64,000 nucleotides of DNA, taken from contig OZ244034.1 in NCBI GenBank assembly GCA_965215185.1, positions 1,760,001-1,824,000 of the forward strand. Direction: 5' to 3'. The notes below the pieces were generated by a model, which saw nothing but the letters and a program-made list of their open reading frames with translations, searched no databases and was not told the DNA's origin. Positions 1-10,106 of this stretch are shown here, piece by piece (within the stretch, counting starts at the first letter, position 1; every line of letters starts with the position of its first letter). Origin of the DNA: Acidimicrobiia bacterium. GTDB taxonomy: Bacteria > Actinomycetota > Acidimicrobiia > Spongiisociales > ZC4RG35. The position numbers and the translations under genes were made by a program.

Positions 1-47
1 CCATGCCCGTGGGCTTCTTTACTATCGGTGCAGGTAGCCTTGGATAA
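1..47 (+). CDS. 3' end of an upstream gene (hydrophobic C-terminus MPVGFFTIGAGSLG*), possibly a permease; partial
   Basis: Open frame to TAA at 45-47, 3 nt before the next ATG. Confidence 0.4.
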   Translation, partial: MPVGFFTIGAGSLG

Positions 48-50
48 CTA

Positions 51-644
51 ATGGATCTTGAGCACACTTCAGGTTCGCCGTGGGCCAACCTCAATATCCG
101 CACCCGCGTTTCAGGACTCTATGAAACCCGACGCCGGCGCATTCTCGAAGAGCCCCGGGCCGCCTTGGAGAAGTTAAACATCATCTACCAGGTCACCCCG
201 GGTCACCGCCAGGTGAAAGCCTTATTGGACGATGATGTGCAGCTGGCAGTGGGCTTCACCGGCAGGGTCCGCATCTTCGGAGCTCTCCTGGACACCATCT
301 GGGTCACCCTGAAAGGAGAACCGGGCGACAAACCCGAGCGCATCTCCTATAACTTCAAACACAACCGCTTCACCACCCGCTCTTCGAAGCCCTACGTCCA
401 AGCAGTGGCGGAGCGGGCCACCGGGGACTCCCGGGTCCGAAAGCTAATCCCCAACGGAGAACTCAAACAGGTTCAACTCTTGGTGGGACCGGGAGGGCAA
501 AGGGCGGAGATCATTCCGATGCCGGGGACCATCACCGCTATTTTCCTTCCTCCCATGCCCCCCTACTCGGTGCCCATGCGTCAAGAAGAGGCAGACGCCC
601 AGTTGCACCTCCTGCTTCGCCTCACCGAGATTTACGATGGGTAA
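51..644 (+). CDS. Hypothetical protein (197 aa)
   Basis: ORF co-directional with the downstream operon; no motif recognised. Confidence 0.7.
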   Translation: MDLEHTSGSPWANLNIRTRVSGLYETRRRRILEEPRAALEKLNIIYQVTPGHRQVKALLDDDVQLAVGFTGRVRIFGALLDTIWVTLKGEPGDKPERISYNFKHNRFTTRSSKPYVQAVAERATGDSRVRKLIPNGELKQVQLLVGPGGQRAEIIPMPGTITAIFLPPMPPYSVPMRQEEADAQLHLLLRLTEIYDG

Positions 645-710
645 ACTCCAGTCGAACAGTTCCCTTCACCGGACATATCCCAACCTCCTACTACCAAAGG
701 AGCCCGAACG

Positions 711-1658
711 ATGTGCGGGATAGCAGGAAGAATTCTCCGCGAACCTGGCCCGGTAGGCGCTGATCTGGTGGCCATGATGCAAGCCATGGCCCACCGGGGA
801 AGCGATTCCACCGGTTTCGCCCTTTATGGCGACCCAATGCCGGCTGGGTTTGTGGTTCGGGTGGTGAGCGTGAACCGGCGCCGATTGAATCAGGACCTGG
901 ATACGTTCCTCTCGATCTTGAGGGACCACGGATCGGATTTCCTCTCTAGCCCAACGTGGGACGGGTTGAAGCAGCCGCATGTCTCGGTGCGGATGACCAT
1001 CGCCGAACCCGTCTCGGAGTTGACCGAGTGGCTGGATGAGGCAGACGCCATTCCCGGCTTCGAAATCCAGTCGGTGGGACGGAGCCTGGAGATCATCAAA
1101 GATGTCGGCAACGCCGAAGAAGTGATGGAAAAGCACGACTTGGGGAGTTACATCGGCACCCACGGCATTGCCAATGCCCGCATGGCCACCGAATCCAAGG
1201 TGTACCCCACCGCCTCCCACCCTTTCTGGGCCAGGCCCTTTCCGGACATCGCCATCGTCCACAACGGCCAGCTCACCAACTATTGGCTAACCCGGGGGCG
1301 GCTCATCCGGGCCGGTTACCGATTCTTCACCGACAACGACTCCGAGATGATCGCGGTGTGGATCTCCGACCAGATGAACCGGGGCCTCACCCTGGAGGAG
1401 GCCCTCCAGCTGTCACTCACCGAAATGGACGGCGTTTTCACCTATCTGGCCGCCACCCCCTATCAGATGGGCATGGCCAAGGACAAATGGGCGATCAAGC
1501 CCCTGGCCGTGATCCGGGAAAACGGCAACATGGCCACCGCCACCGAAGAGCAGGCGGTGCGCAAGGTATATCGTCAACACCACCCCGTCATCAACTATGA
1601 CGGACCCGCCGAATACACCACCTGGGTATGCCGGCCGGTACCAGCCGTCGCTGCATGA
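711..1658 (+). CDS. Class II glutamine amidotransferase, GlxB / N-methylglutamate synthase subunit A-like
   Basis: N-terminal MCGIAG, HRG.DS.G, ARMATES, HPF, HNG and DSE motifs; AGGAG RBS. Confidence 0.9.
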   Translation: MCGIAGRILREPGPVGADLVAMMQAMAHRGSDSTGFALYGDPMPAGFVVRVVSVNRRRLNQDLDTFLSILRDHGSDFLSSPTWDGLKQPHVSVRMTIAEPVSELTEWLDEADAIPGFEIQSVGRSLEIIKDVGNAEEVMEKHDLGSYIGTHGIANARMATESKVYPTASHPFWARPFPDIAIVHNGQLTNYWLTRGRLIRAGYRFFTDNDSEMIAVWISDQMNRGLTLEEALQLSLTEMDGVFTYLAATPYQMGMAKDKWAIKPLAVIRENGNMATATEEQAVRKVYRQHHPVINYDGPAEYTTWVCRPVPAVAA

Positions 1659-2347
1659 GTGTCGTCACCGTCGAAGTGGGAGACCGTCCCCTTCGGGATG
1701 TCAACCGCGATATTCGCTCCCTGGCGTCCACGGCCTCGGAGATCGTGGTCACCGATCCTCTCTCCCGACACAACCTGGCGGTGGCGTTGACCGAAGACAC
1801 CCCGGTTCGCATCCTCGGCAACGTCGGCTACTACTGCGGTGGGCTCAACAGCGGTGGCGTGATCCACGTGGAAGGAGACTGTGGGTGGGGCGTGGGAGAG
1901 GCCATGGCCCGGGGGAAGATCACCATCGACGGCTATGCCGGGATGAGCGTGGGCGCTTCCATGCGGGGAGGGCTGATCCACATCAAAGGAAATACCGGTC
2001 CGCGGTGCGGGGTGGCCCAGAAGGGCGGAGATATCGTGGTGGAGGGAAGCATCGGTTATCTGAGCGGGTTCATGGCGCACACCGGTCGGATCATCACCCT
2101 GGGTAACGCCGGAGACGCCACCGGAGACTCCCTGTGGGAGGGCGCTGTCTGGGTAGCAGGCGACATCAAGTCGCTGGGGGTGGACAGCCACGCGGTGGAG
2201 CCGCCGCCCGAAGAGGTGGCGGACGTAGAAGAGCTCCTGGCCGGACTGGGTTTGGGAGACTCCACACGCGATTGGAAGAAAGTGGTGTCGGGACAACGAC
2301 TCTGGTATTTCGAAAGTAGGGACGCCACCGCATGGCTGATGATTTGA
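1655..2347 (+). CDS. GXGXG beta-helix protein, GlxC / N-methylglutamate synthase subunit B-like
   Basis: Repeated G.I.I.G..G motifs; ATGA overlap with the upstream gene. Confidence 0.88.
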   Translation: MSVVTVEVGDRPLRDVNRDIRSLASTASEIVVTDPLSRHNLAVALTEDTPVRILGNVGYYCGGLNSGGVIHVEGDCGWGVGEAMARGKITIDGYAGMSVGASMRGGLIHIKGNTGPRCGVAQKGGDIVVEGSIGYLSGFMAHTGRIITLGNAGDATGDSLWEGAVWVAGDIKSLGVDSHAVEPPPEEVADVEELLAGLGLGDSTRDWKKVVSGQRLWYFESRDATAWLMI

Positions 2348-3747
2348 GCATTACCAACTCTCCCAACGGGCTCTCCCACGAGGACCTGGTCGCTCTCCGG
2401 GACGGCGCCATCGACGGGCGCCCGGCGGGCATCCCCTCCTCCTACGACCACGGCGACAGCATCCGCTGGACCCCCAAGGACATCGCCGACATCCACGCCA
2501 TGTCGAGGCTGGGCCGCTACCAAATTCGGGGCTTTACGACCGCCAACCCGAGAATGGCCAACTGGAACGACCTGGTGTTCGTCCCCGCCACCGCCACCCG
2601 GCTTCCCTTGGAGGGATATCGGGAAAGTTGTGAGACCAAGACGGTGCTGGGCGATCGTCCCGGCCTGGTCTCCAAGCCCATAGAACTGGACATTCCCATC
2701 TACGTCGCTTCCATGTCCTTTGGTGCGCTGTCGGCGTCCGCCAAGACCGCCTTGGGAAGGGGGGCCTCCAAGGTGGGCACCATGACCTGCAGCGGAGAGG
2801 GAGGAATGCTCCCGGAGGAGAGGGAAGCCTCCAAGACCATGGTCTACCAGATGACCCCGTCCCGCTACGGGCTGGACCTCGAGCACCTCCGTCAGGCCGA
2901 CGGCATCGAGATCGTAATCGGCCAGGGCGCCAAGCCCGGGACCGGGGGTTTGCTGCTGGGTATGAAGATCTCCGACCGGGTGGCGCGGATGCGTTCACTC
3001 CCGGTTGGGGTCGATCAGCGCTCTACCGTGCGCCATCCTGACTTCCTGGGCGCCGACGACCTGCAGATCAAGATCGAGGAACTTCGGGAAGCCACTGGAT
3101 ACCGGATTCCCATTTTCGTGAAGCTGGGCGCAACCCGCCCCCGTTTCGACGTGGCCATGGCCGCCAAGGTGGCTGACGTGATCGTCCTGGACGGAGCGGA
3201 GGGTGGCACCGGCGCCTCTCCCGAACTGCTGCTGGACCACACCGGCATCCCCACCATGGCAGCCATTCCAGCCGCCCGCGAAGCTTTGGAAGAAAGCGGC
3301 ATGTCCGAAGAGGTGAAACTGGTGGCGGCGGGAGGCATCCGCAACGGCACCGATGCGGCCAAGGCGCTGGCGCTGGGCGCCGATGCGGTGATGATCGGAA
3401 CCGCCGCCCTGATGGCGCTGGGATGCAACTCGCCCCGGTATCTGGAGGACTACCAGAAGATCGGAACCTCTCCCGGAAAGTGTCACCACTGCCACACCGG
3501 CCGTTGCCCGGTGGGGATCACCACCCAGGACCCGGAGTTGGAGACCCGCCTGCACGTGGACGCCGCCGCCGACCGGGTGGCCCGCTATCTGACCGCCATG
3601 ACCATGGAAATCACCATGTTGGCCAAGGCGTGCGGCAAGTCAAGCGTTCACAACCTGGAGATGGAGGACCTTCGGGCCCTGTCCCTTAACTCGTCGGCTC
3701 TTACCGGCGTAAAACTGGCCGGAGTGGACCGGCCCTTCACCTGGTAG
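2332..3747 (+). CDS. FMN-binding glutamate synthase family protein, GlxD / N-methylglutamate synthase subunit C-like
   Basis: SMSFGALS, SGEGG, GQGAKPG.GG, DG.EGGTGA, CHHCHTGRCPVGITTQDP. Confidence 0.92.
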   Translation: MADDLSITNSPNGLSHEDLVALRDGAIDGRPAGIPSSYDHGDSIRWTPKDIADIHAMSRLGRYQIRGFTTANPRMANWNDLVFVPATATRLPLEGYRESCETKTVLGDRPGLVSKPIELDIPIYVASMSFGALSASAKTALGRGASKVGTMTCSGEGGMLPEEREASKTMVYQMTPSRYGLDLEHLRQADGIEIVIGQGAKPGTGGLLLGMKISDRVARMRSLPVGVDQRSTVRHPDFLGADDLQIKIEELREATGYRIPIFVKLGATRPRFDVAMAAKVADVIVLDGAEGGTGASPELLLDHTGIPTMAAIPAAREALEESGMSEEVKLVAAGGIRNGTDAAKALALGADAVMIGTAALMALGCNSPRYLEDYQKIGTSPGKCHHCHTGRCPVGITTQDPELETRLHVDAAADRVARYLTAMTMEITMLAKACGKSSVHNLEMEDLRALSLNSSALTGVKLAGVDRPFTW

Positions 3748-3782
3748 CAGTTCTCCCAAGCAATACCAGGAGGGAGGCATGC

Positions 3783-4598
3783 ATGGATAAGGTTGCAGAC
3801 GGTTGCGACTCCTGGCGGGGCTCGGAGTATCGGGAGAACACCGCTCACCACCGCGCCTTCGACCCGCCGGCCCTGTGGAACCTCGACCTGGACGTAGGCG
3901 ACTCTCTGTTGGATGTGGGATGCGGCGCCGGGGATTTGACCGTGGCCTTGGCCGAGCATTATCCCCGGGCTCAGATGATTGGCATAGACGCCTCTCCCAG
4001 CCAGATCGAACAAGCCCGCCGGCACGGCCATCCGGGCATCCGCTTCGAAAAGCGGCGGGTCCAGGATCTTCAATGGCAAGAGCGCTTCTCGGCGGTGGTT
4101 TCCATCGCCTGCCTGCACTGGATTCCGATCAAGGAACACCCTCTGGTGCTGGAAAGGCTCCACCGTGCCCTGGCACCGGGAGGAAAACTGATCGCCAGTT
4201 TTGCCTCTGAGACCAATATCGCGCAGATCCGAAGAATCATCTTTTCGGTGGCCGTACAGTCTCCCTTCCACGAATACGTCCTAGGTCGTCTGCCACATCA
4301 TCCCTGGCCGTCGCTGGACCGCTACACCGAGATAGTTGCCGCCTCCCCCTTTGGCGGCGCCGAAGAACTGCGTATCGAGACCCAACCTCGTCCCTTCTCT
4401 CACAAACGTCTCATCGGCTGGCTCCGGACTCAGACCCTCACCGGCTACCGACCCCTCCTGCCACCCCACGTCTTCGAAGCGCTGGTGTCCACAGTGGGAG
4501 AGCAGATAGCGGACCTGACCAGGACGGGACCCGACAGCCATGTCGTACCCTTCGTGCGACTGCAACTGCAAGCCCGCCGACCGAGAACCTCTGCATGA
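3783..4598 (+). CDS. Class I SAM-dependent methyltransferase (trans-aconitate methyltransferase-like)
   Basis: LLDVGCGAG, GIDAS, LHW and L.PGG motifs; GGAGG RBS. Confidence 0.85.
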   Translation: MDKVADGCDSWRGSEYRENTAHHRAFDPPALWNLDLDVGDSLLDVGCGAGDLTVALAEHYPRAQMIGIDASPSQIEQARRHGHPGIRFEKRRVQDLQWQERFSAVVSIACLHWIPIKEHPLVLERLHRALAPGGKLIASFASETNIAQIRRIIFSVAVQSPFHEYVLGRLPHHPWPSLDRYTEIVAASPFGGAEELRIETQPRPFSHKRLIGWLRTQTLTGYRPLLPPHVFEALVSTVGEQIADLTRTGPDSHVVPFVRLQLQARRPRTSA

Positions 4599-5443
4599 AC
4601 ACCGCGAATCTGTCCGACTGGGTAGGGAACACCGAGAGCCGCCGCCAGCGGATCGATCCTTGGCCGGTTGCCGCTCTTTCCGCCCTGTTCGATCTACCGG
4701 CGCCAGCTGCGAAAGAGGGAGACCCCCTGCCACCCATGTGGCACTGGCTTTACTTCCTGCCCGCCGCCCGGCGTTCGGAGACCGGAACTGACGGACACCC
4801 TCTCCGGGGAGGTTTCCTTCCCCCCGTACCGCAGAAGAGAAGGATGTTCGCTGGCTGCTCCACCGTCTTCCACCGTCCCCTGCTGGTGGGGGAGACAGCG
4901 CAGCAAAAGGCCATCGTGAAAAGCGTGGTGCGAAAGGAGGGCCGAAGCGGCCTGCTCGTGTTCGTAACCGTCGAATACCAAATCCGGGGAGAAGATGGAC
5001 CGGCACTCACCGAAACCCAGAACCTGATCTACACCGACGCCTCCCCGTCAGATCCGCAGGAACCGCCAGGAGAACCCGGCCCGCCGTCGCGGCCATGGGC
5101 ACATGACATACCCACCGACCCGGTACTCCTGTTCCGCTTCTCGGCCCTCACCAACAACGCCCACCGCATCCACTACGACCAACCCTATGCGACCAGCGTG
5201 GAGGGGTATTCCGGACTGGTGGTCCACGGCCCGCTCATCGCCATGCTCCTGGCCAATCTCCCCCTGCGCAACGGCGTGGACCATCCCGGGCGTTTCGCCT
5301 TCCGGGCACGCTCTCCCTTCTTTTGCGGCGACACCTTACACCTGCGTGGTGGACGCGATGCCCAGACTCCGGATATTCGCTGGACATTGGGCGCCTATTC
5401 GAGTGGGGGCCGGCTCGGGGTTGAAGCGGAGTACTCGGCCTGA
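4595..5443 (+). CDS. Double hot-dog acyl-CoA hydratase (mesaconyl-C4-CoA / itaconyl-CoA hydratase family)
   Basis: LPP.WHWLYF, DGHP.RGGFLPP, RRMFAG, LFRFSALT.N.HRIHYD, LVVHGPL. Confidence 0.88.
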   Translation: MNTANLSDWVGNTESRRQRIDPWPVAALSALFDLPAPAAKEGDPLPPMWHWLYFLPAARRSETGTDGHPLRGGFLPPVPQKRRMFAGCSTVFHRPLLVGETAQQKAIVKSVVRKEGRSGLLVFVTVEYQIRGEDGPALTETQNLIYTDASPSDPQEPPGEPGPPSRPWAHDIPTDPVLLFRFSALTNNAHRIHYDQPYATSVEGYSGLVVHGPLIAMLLANLPLRNGVDHPGRFAFRARSPFFCGDTLHLRGGRDAQTPDIRWTLGAYSSGGRLGVEAEYSA

Positions 5444-5496
5444 TCCATGTCCTCTCACCCAGAGCAGGCACACGTCAGCGATACCCTTTAGGCCCT

Positions 5497-7464
5497 ATGA
5501 GCAGCCAACCCCTCTGGATACCTTCTAAAGAGAGAATCGAAGCTTCGTCCATAACTTGCCTCCGCCGGGAGGTCAACCGGCGATACGGACTGGCGCTTGC
5601 CGACTCTGTCGAACTGCACCGTTGGAGCGTGGAGAATATCGACCGATTCTGGGACACGTCCTGGGACCATGTGGGAGTCTTGGGAGAAAAGGGAGATAGG
5701 ATCTACCTGCCCGGCGACTCGATGACTTCGGCGCGGTTTTTTCCCGACGCCCGTCTCAGCGTCGCCCGGAACCTGTTGGATGGCCGGGGGGTTGACGGTG
5801 ATTCGGTGGCCATCCTGTACCGGCGGGAGGACGGATACACCCAGGATCTGACCTGGAACCAACTGCGATCCCAGGTGGCGGCGGCAGCCGGCGCCCTTTC
5901 CGTCCACGGCGTGGAGGCTGGAGACCGGGTGGCGGCCTGGATGCCCAACCGACCCGAGACGGTGGTGTTGATGATCGCCGCCGCCAGCATCGGCGCCCTG
6001 TTCAGTTCCACCTCGGCCGACTTCGGTGTGGCCGGGGTGGTGGACCGCTTCGGCCAGATAGACCCGGTGCTCTTGCTGGCCACCGACGGGTATCCCTACG
6101 GGGGCAAACCCTTCGACCGGCTGGCGCCCCTCAGGGAGATCCGGGAGGCACTCCCTTCCGTGCGGCGGGTGGTTATCGTCCCCAATCTGGACACCGACCC
6201 GGACTGCACATCCATTCCGGACGCCATTTCCTGGGAGGAGTTCCTGGCCGCCGGTGAGGGCGCGGAGCTACCCACCGACACCTTCCCCTTCGACCATCCC
6301 CTGTTCATTCTTTTCTCCTCGGGAACCACGGGACCTCCCAAGTGCATGGTGCACCGGGCGGCGGGGGTGATGCTCAAGCTCATGCAGGAGCATCAAACTC
6401 AGGTGGACATCCGCACCGGCGACAGGGTGTTCTATTTCACAACCTGCGGGTGGATGATGTGGAACTGGCTGGTCACCGCCCTTGCCTCCGCCGCCAGTAT
6501 CGTCTTATACGACGGCAATCCGTTCCACCCCTCCCCCAGCCATTTGTTTGACCTGATCGACCAGGACGAGATAACCTTGCTGGGGGTCTCGGCCAAGTTC
6601 ATCGACGCGGCCCGCCAAACCGGCATTCGACCCCGGCGGTCGCATAGCCTCGCTTCACTGCGCACCATCTGCTCCACCGGCTCTCCCCTTTCTCCTGAGG
6701 GGTTCGAGTGGGTATACCAAGATGTGAAAGAAGACCTGCACTTGGCCTCCATCTCGGGCGGCACCGATCTGTGCGGGTGTTTCGTGGGAGGTGACCCCAC
6801 CCTCCCGGTGTGGACCGGGGAGATCCAAGGCCCGACCCTGGGCATGGCGGTGGAGGTGTACGACGACCAGGGCCGACCGCTCGCCGGGCCGACCGGTGAA
6901 CTGGTCTGCCGAGAGCCCTTCCCATCCATTCCACTGCGGTTCTGGAACGACCCCGACGGAACCCGCTTCCAGTCAGCCTATTTCGAAAAGTACCCCGGAG
7001 TGTGGACCCACGGCGATTACGCCAATTGGACACCAAACGGCGGGATGGTCATCCACGGTCGTTCCGACGCCACCCTCAACGTGGCGGGAGTACGAATCGG
7101 AACCGCCGAGATCTACCGGCAGGCCGAAGAAGTCCCCGGGGTGGTGGAGGCGATCTGCGTTGCCCAGAAGTGGGAACGGGACACCCGGATGGTGCTGTTC
7201 GTGCGGCTCGAGGAAGGTCAGGAACTAAATGATGGCCTGGTAGCCGAGATCAAGAAACGCCTGCGCCATCACTGCTCTCCCCGGCACGTACCGGCCCTCG
7301 TGTTGGAGGCGCCAGACATCCCACGCACGCGTTCGGGAAAGATCACCGAACTGGCGGTGACCGCGGTGATAAACGGTGACGAGGTGAAGAACACCGAAGC
7401 GTTGGCCAACCCGCAAGCGCTGGCCTATTTCGCAAATCGCCCCGAATTGGCGGGCTGGACCTGA
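5497..7464 (+). CDS. Acetoacetate--CoA ligase
   Basis: ILFSSGTTGPPKC, TTCGWMMWNWL, SISGGTD, GRSDATLN..GVRIGTAEIY. Confidence 0.93.
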   Translation: MSSQPLWIPSKERIEASSITCLRREVNRRYGLALADSVELHRWSVENIDRFWDTSWDHVGVLGEKGDRIYLPGDSMTSARFFPDARLSVARNLLDGRGVDGDSVAILYRREDGYTQDLTWNQLRSQVAAAAGALSVHGVEAGDRVAAWMPNRPETVVLMIAAASIGALFSSTSADFGVAGVVDRFGQIDPVLLLATDGYPYGGKPFDRLAPLREIREALPSVRRVVIVPNLDTDPDCTSIPDAISWEEFLAAGEGAELPTDTFPFDHPLFILFSSGTTGPPKCMVHRAAGVMLKLMQEHQTQVDIRTGDRVFYFTTCGWMMWNWLVTALASAASIVLYDGNPFHPSPSHLFDLIDQDEITLLGVSAKFIDAARQTGIRPRRSHSLASLRTICSTGSPLSPEGFEWVYQDVKEDLHLASISGGTDLCGCFVGGDPTLPVWTGEIQGPTLGMAVEVYDDQGRPLAGPTGELVCREPFPSIPLRFWNDPDGTRFQSAYFEKYPGVWTHGDYANWTPNGGMVIHGRSDATLNVAGVRIGTAEIYRQAEEVPGVVEAICVAQKWERDTRMVLFVRLEEGQELNDGLVAEIKKRLRHHCSPRHVPALVLEAPDIPRTRSGKITELAVTAVINGDEVKNTEALANPQALAYFANRPELAGWT

Positions 7465-7475
7465 TTCGAGGCACT

Positions 7476-8606
7476 ATGGTCTTACCGATCCCGGTGGGAG
7501 TCATAGGGCTGGGAACCATTGCCCAGACCCAGCACCTTCCCAACCTCCTCCAACTGGACAGCCTGTTCCGGGTGTCGGCGGTCGCCGACATCTCCCCGCG
7601 GCTTACCGCCGCCATCGCTGACCGGCTTCCCGGACCTGTCTTCACCTCCACAGACTGGCGAGAGGTTTGCAACCATCCGGCGGTGGAGGCGGTGCTGCTT
7701 CTCACCCCGGGCGCCCACCAGATGATGAGTGAGGAGTCCCTTTTGGCCGGAAAGCACGTTTTTGCAGAAAAGCCGCTGTCGCTGACCGTGGCTGGGACCG
7801 AGCACCTGGCCACATTGGCCAAAGAGAAAGACCGGGTGCTGCAGATCGGTTACATGAAGCTTCATGAACAGGTTCTCCCCCATTTGGTGGCTGGACTGGA
7901 AGCCATTGGCGACCTGCGCCTGATCCGCCACTCGGTCCATCACCCCAGCCATCACTCCCAGCACGCCCATGCGGACATCCTTTCCTTCGACGATTCCGAC
8001 CAGGCGGTCCTGGACACCGCGGAGACCTACGAGCTGGCCCACACCGCCGAGGCGATCGGGGATCTCCCCAACCACTGGGGACGTCTCTACCGCAAGTTCC
8101 TGGCGGGATCGTTGATCCACACCGTGTCACTGCTGCGCACCGCTTTCGGCGAACTTCCCCGCATCACGTTCGCCGAGATATGGCCAGCCGCGGCCCTGCG
8201 ACCCGAAGGGGAGCCGCCCAGTCTCTTCGCCCGTGGGGAACTGGCCAATCAGACCCGAGTGGAGATGAGTTGGCTGTGGCTCCCCTCTTACCCGGCCTAC
8301 CAGGAGCGGCTGGAGGTGCACGGAACCGAGGGCTCCCTGCAGCTGTCCCTACCCCAGCCCTATCTGCGCCACCGGACAGCCGATCTCACCATCCATCACC
8401 GTCAAGCGGCGGCCCGCCACCGGGGCAGCACCGACTCGGCCTTCTTGAGAGAGTTGAGGGCCTTCCACCACGCCATCACCACCGGTGACCATGGCGAGGA
8501 CGCATCTGATACCGCCGCCGACCTCGCCTGCCTGCAGAGGATTCTGGCCACCCTGGTGCAAAGCGCCGATCTGTCCCCAGGCGGCGAGGCCGCGGCAGGC
8601 TGCTGA
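7476..8606 (+). CDS. Gfo/Idh/MocA family oxidoreductase
   Basis: VIGLG.IA Rossmann start, GKHVFAEKP. Confidence 0.88.
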   Translation: MVLPIPVGVIGLGTIAQTQHLPNLLQLDSLFRVSAVADISPRLTAAIADRLPGPVFTSTDWREVCNHPAVEAVLLLTPGAHQMMSEESLLAGKHVFAEKPLSLTVAGTEHLATLAKEKDRVLQIGYMKLHEQVLPHLVAGLEAIGDLRLIRHSVHHPSHHSQHAHADILSFDDSDQAVLDTAETYELAHTAEAIGDLPNHWGRLYRKFLAGSLIHTVSLLRTAFGELPRITFAEIWPAAALRPEGEPPSLFARGELANQTRVEMSWLWLPSYPAYQERLEVHGTEGSLQLSLPQPYLRHRTADLTIHHRQAAARHRGSTDSAFLRELRAFHHAITTGDHGEDASDTAADLACLQRILATLVQSADLSPGGEAAAGC

Positions 8607-8631
8607 CTTCCCTCCCCGCCAAGGTTTACGA

Positions 8632-8669
8632 GGAGGCGAGCTTGACCGACCCCGGTCAAGCTCGCCTCC
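8632..8669. terminator. Perfect 17-bp stem hairpin, probable intrinsic terminator of the 51-8606 operon
   Basis: GGAGGCGAGCTTGACCG-accc-CGGTCAAGCTCGCCTCC, 25 nt after the stop; no U-tract. Confidence 0.7.
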
Positions 8670-8779
8670 ACCGAACGGAATGTGACCTCCAAACCGGCGG
8701 GCACATGGGAACTCGTGCTACTTGGCTAGCCTCAATTCCTTCAGCCGGATTCCAAGCAATATGAGAGGACAACGGCATC

Positions 8780-9718
8780 TTGAACAGTCGGGAAGGCAAA
8801 GATTGGACCACCGACCGCATTCGGGACCTCACGGGCAAGGTGGTGGTGGTGACGGGGGCCAACAGCGGGATCGGGCTGGAGGCTGCCAGAGTGTTGGCCC
8901 GCACAGGCGCCGACACGATCCTGGCCTGCCGATCGGTCGAGCGCGGGCAAAGGGCCATTGACGAAGTCCGAGCCGAGATCCCAGGGTCTACGGTGGAATT
9001 GATGATGCTCGATCTGGGAAGTCTGGCGTCCATAGAACGATTCGCCCGGGCCTTCATCCGATCCCGCCCGCGGCTTGATGTGCTGATCAACAACGCCGGG
9101 ATCATGGCGGTTCCGTATTCGCAGACCGAAGACGGCTTCGAAAGCCAGATGGGCACCAATCATCTGGGACATTTCGCCTTGACCGGTAGGCTGCTTGAAC
9201 TCCTGCTGGCTACAACCGGCGCCCGGGTCGTGACCGTTAGCAGCGTAGCCCATCGCGCCGGGAAGATGGACTTCAGCAATCTGCTCTTCGAGAACCGCGG
9301 CTACTCGCCGTTCCGCGCTTACTGGCGTTCCAAGCTGGCCAACCTGCTCTTCACCTATGAACTTCAGCGACGCTTTGAATCCGCCGGCGCCGACGCGCTG
9401 TCCCTTGCCGCCCATCCGGGATTCTCGTCAACCGACATTGGCCGTCACCTCGGCCGCCATTGGTATTCCCGGCTGGAGCGACCCTTGCTCCACACCTTCT
9501 CGCAGAGACCATCCATGGGCGCCCTGCCAGCCCTGCGGGCCGCGGTTGATTCCAAGGTCAAGGGAGGGCAGTACTACGGTCCGGGCGGTTTTCTGGGTTT
9601 GCGAGGAAGTCCCGTTCTGGTGAAATCAAATGCAGCCTCGCGCAACCAGCAACATGCCCGCCAGCTTTGGCAGGCCTCGGAAAAACTCACCGGCACTCAC
9701 TACTCACAAGTGCAATAA
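8780..9718 (+). CDS. SDR oxidoreductase (retinol dehydrogenase / protochlorophyllide reductase-like)
   Basis: TGANSGIG, NNAG, NHLGHF, Y.RSK. Confidence 0.92.
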   Translation: MNSREGKDWTTDRIRDLTGKVVVVTGANSGIGLEAARVLARTGADTILACRSVERGQRAIDEVRAEIPGSTVELMMLDLGSLASIERFARAFIRSRPRLDVLINNAGIMAVPYSQTEDGFESQMGTNHLGHFALTGRLLELLLATTGARVVTVSSVAHRAGKMDFSNLLFENRGYSPFRAYWRSKLANLLFTYELQRRFESAGADALSLAAHPGFSSTDIGRHLGRHWYSRLERPLLHTFSQRPSMGALPALRAAVDSKVKGGQYYGPGGFLGLRGSPVLVKSNAASRNQQHARQLWQASEKLTGTHYSQVQ

Positions 9719-9869
9719 CACACATCAAATCGTGCCGCCGCAACCCGGCCCCGCACATCGTCTTGAAGAATCTCTTAACAAGACACTGAGATTTGGTTCC
9801 GGCTGCGCTCCGGATGGGTCGGCCGAGCTAAACCTGCAATATGCGACGGGCGGTGTTCCTCGCCTCCCC

Positions 9870-10018
9870 ATCGTCCCCCAAAGTCCCCCCCGAAAACAGC
9901 GGCGAAGAAGCCCACCGCGATCGCTCCATACAAACCGGCAAGAGCGCCTAGACCTGACGCCACCCCCAAATGATCCCTCTAAAACATCCCCGCGAAAAGT
10001 ATGAGAGTCATATCGCAT
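9870..10018 (-). pseudogene. Decayed 5' fragment of a second SulP transporter gene
   Basis: MRYDSHTFRGDVL.G, then in another frame GVASGLGALAGLYGAIAVGFFAAVFGG; matches the N-terminus of the adjacent SulP. Confidence 0.8.
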
Positions 10019-10106
10019 GGCGTTTTGATGCCCCGCGGTTGAGACAGACCCTCCAATAAGGGCAAGGAAGCATCGGCGCCGCCGGCCTGGCATGCGCAAC
10101 TGCGTA

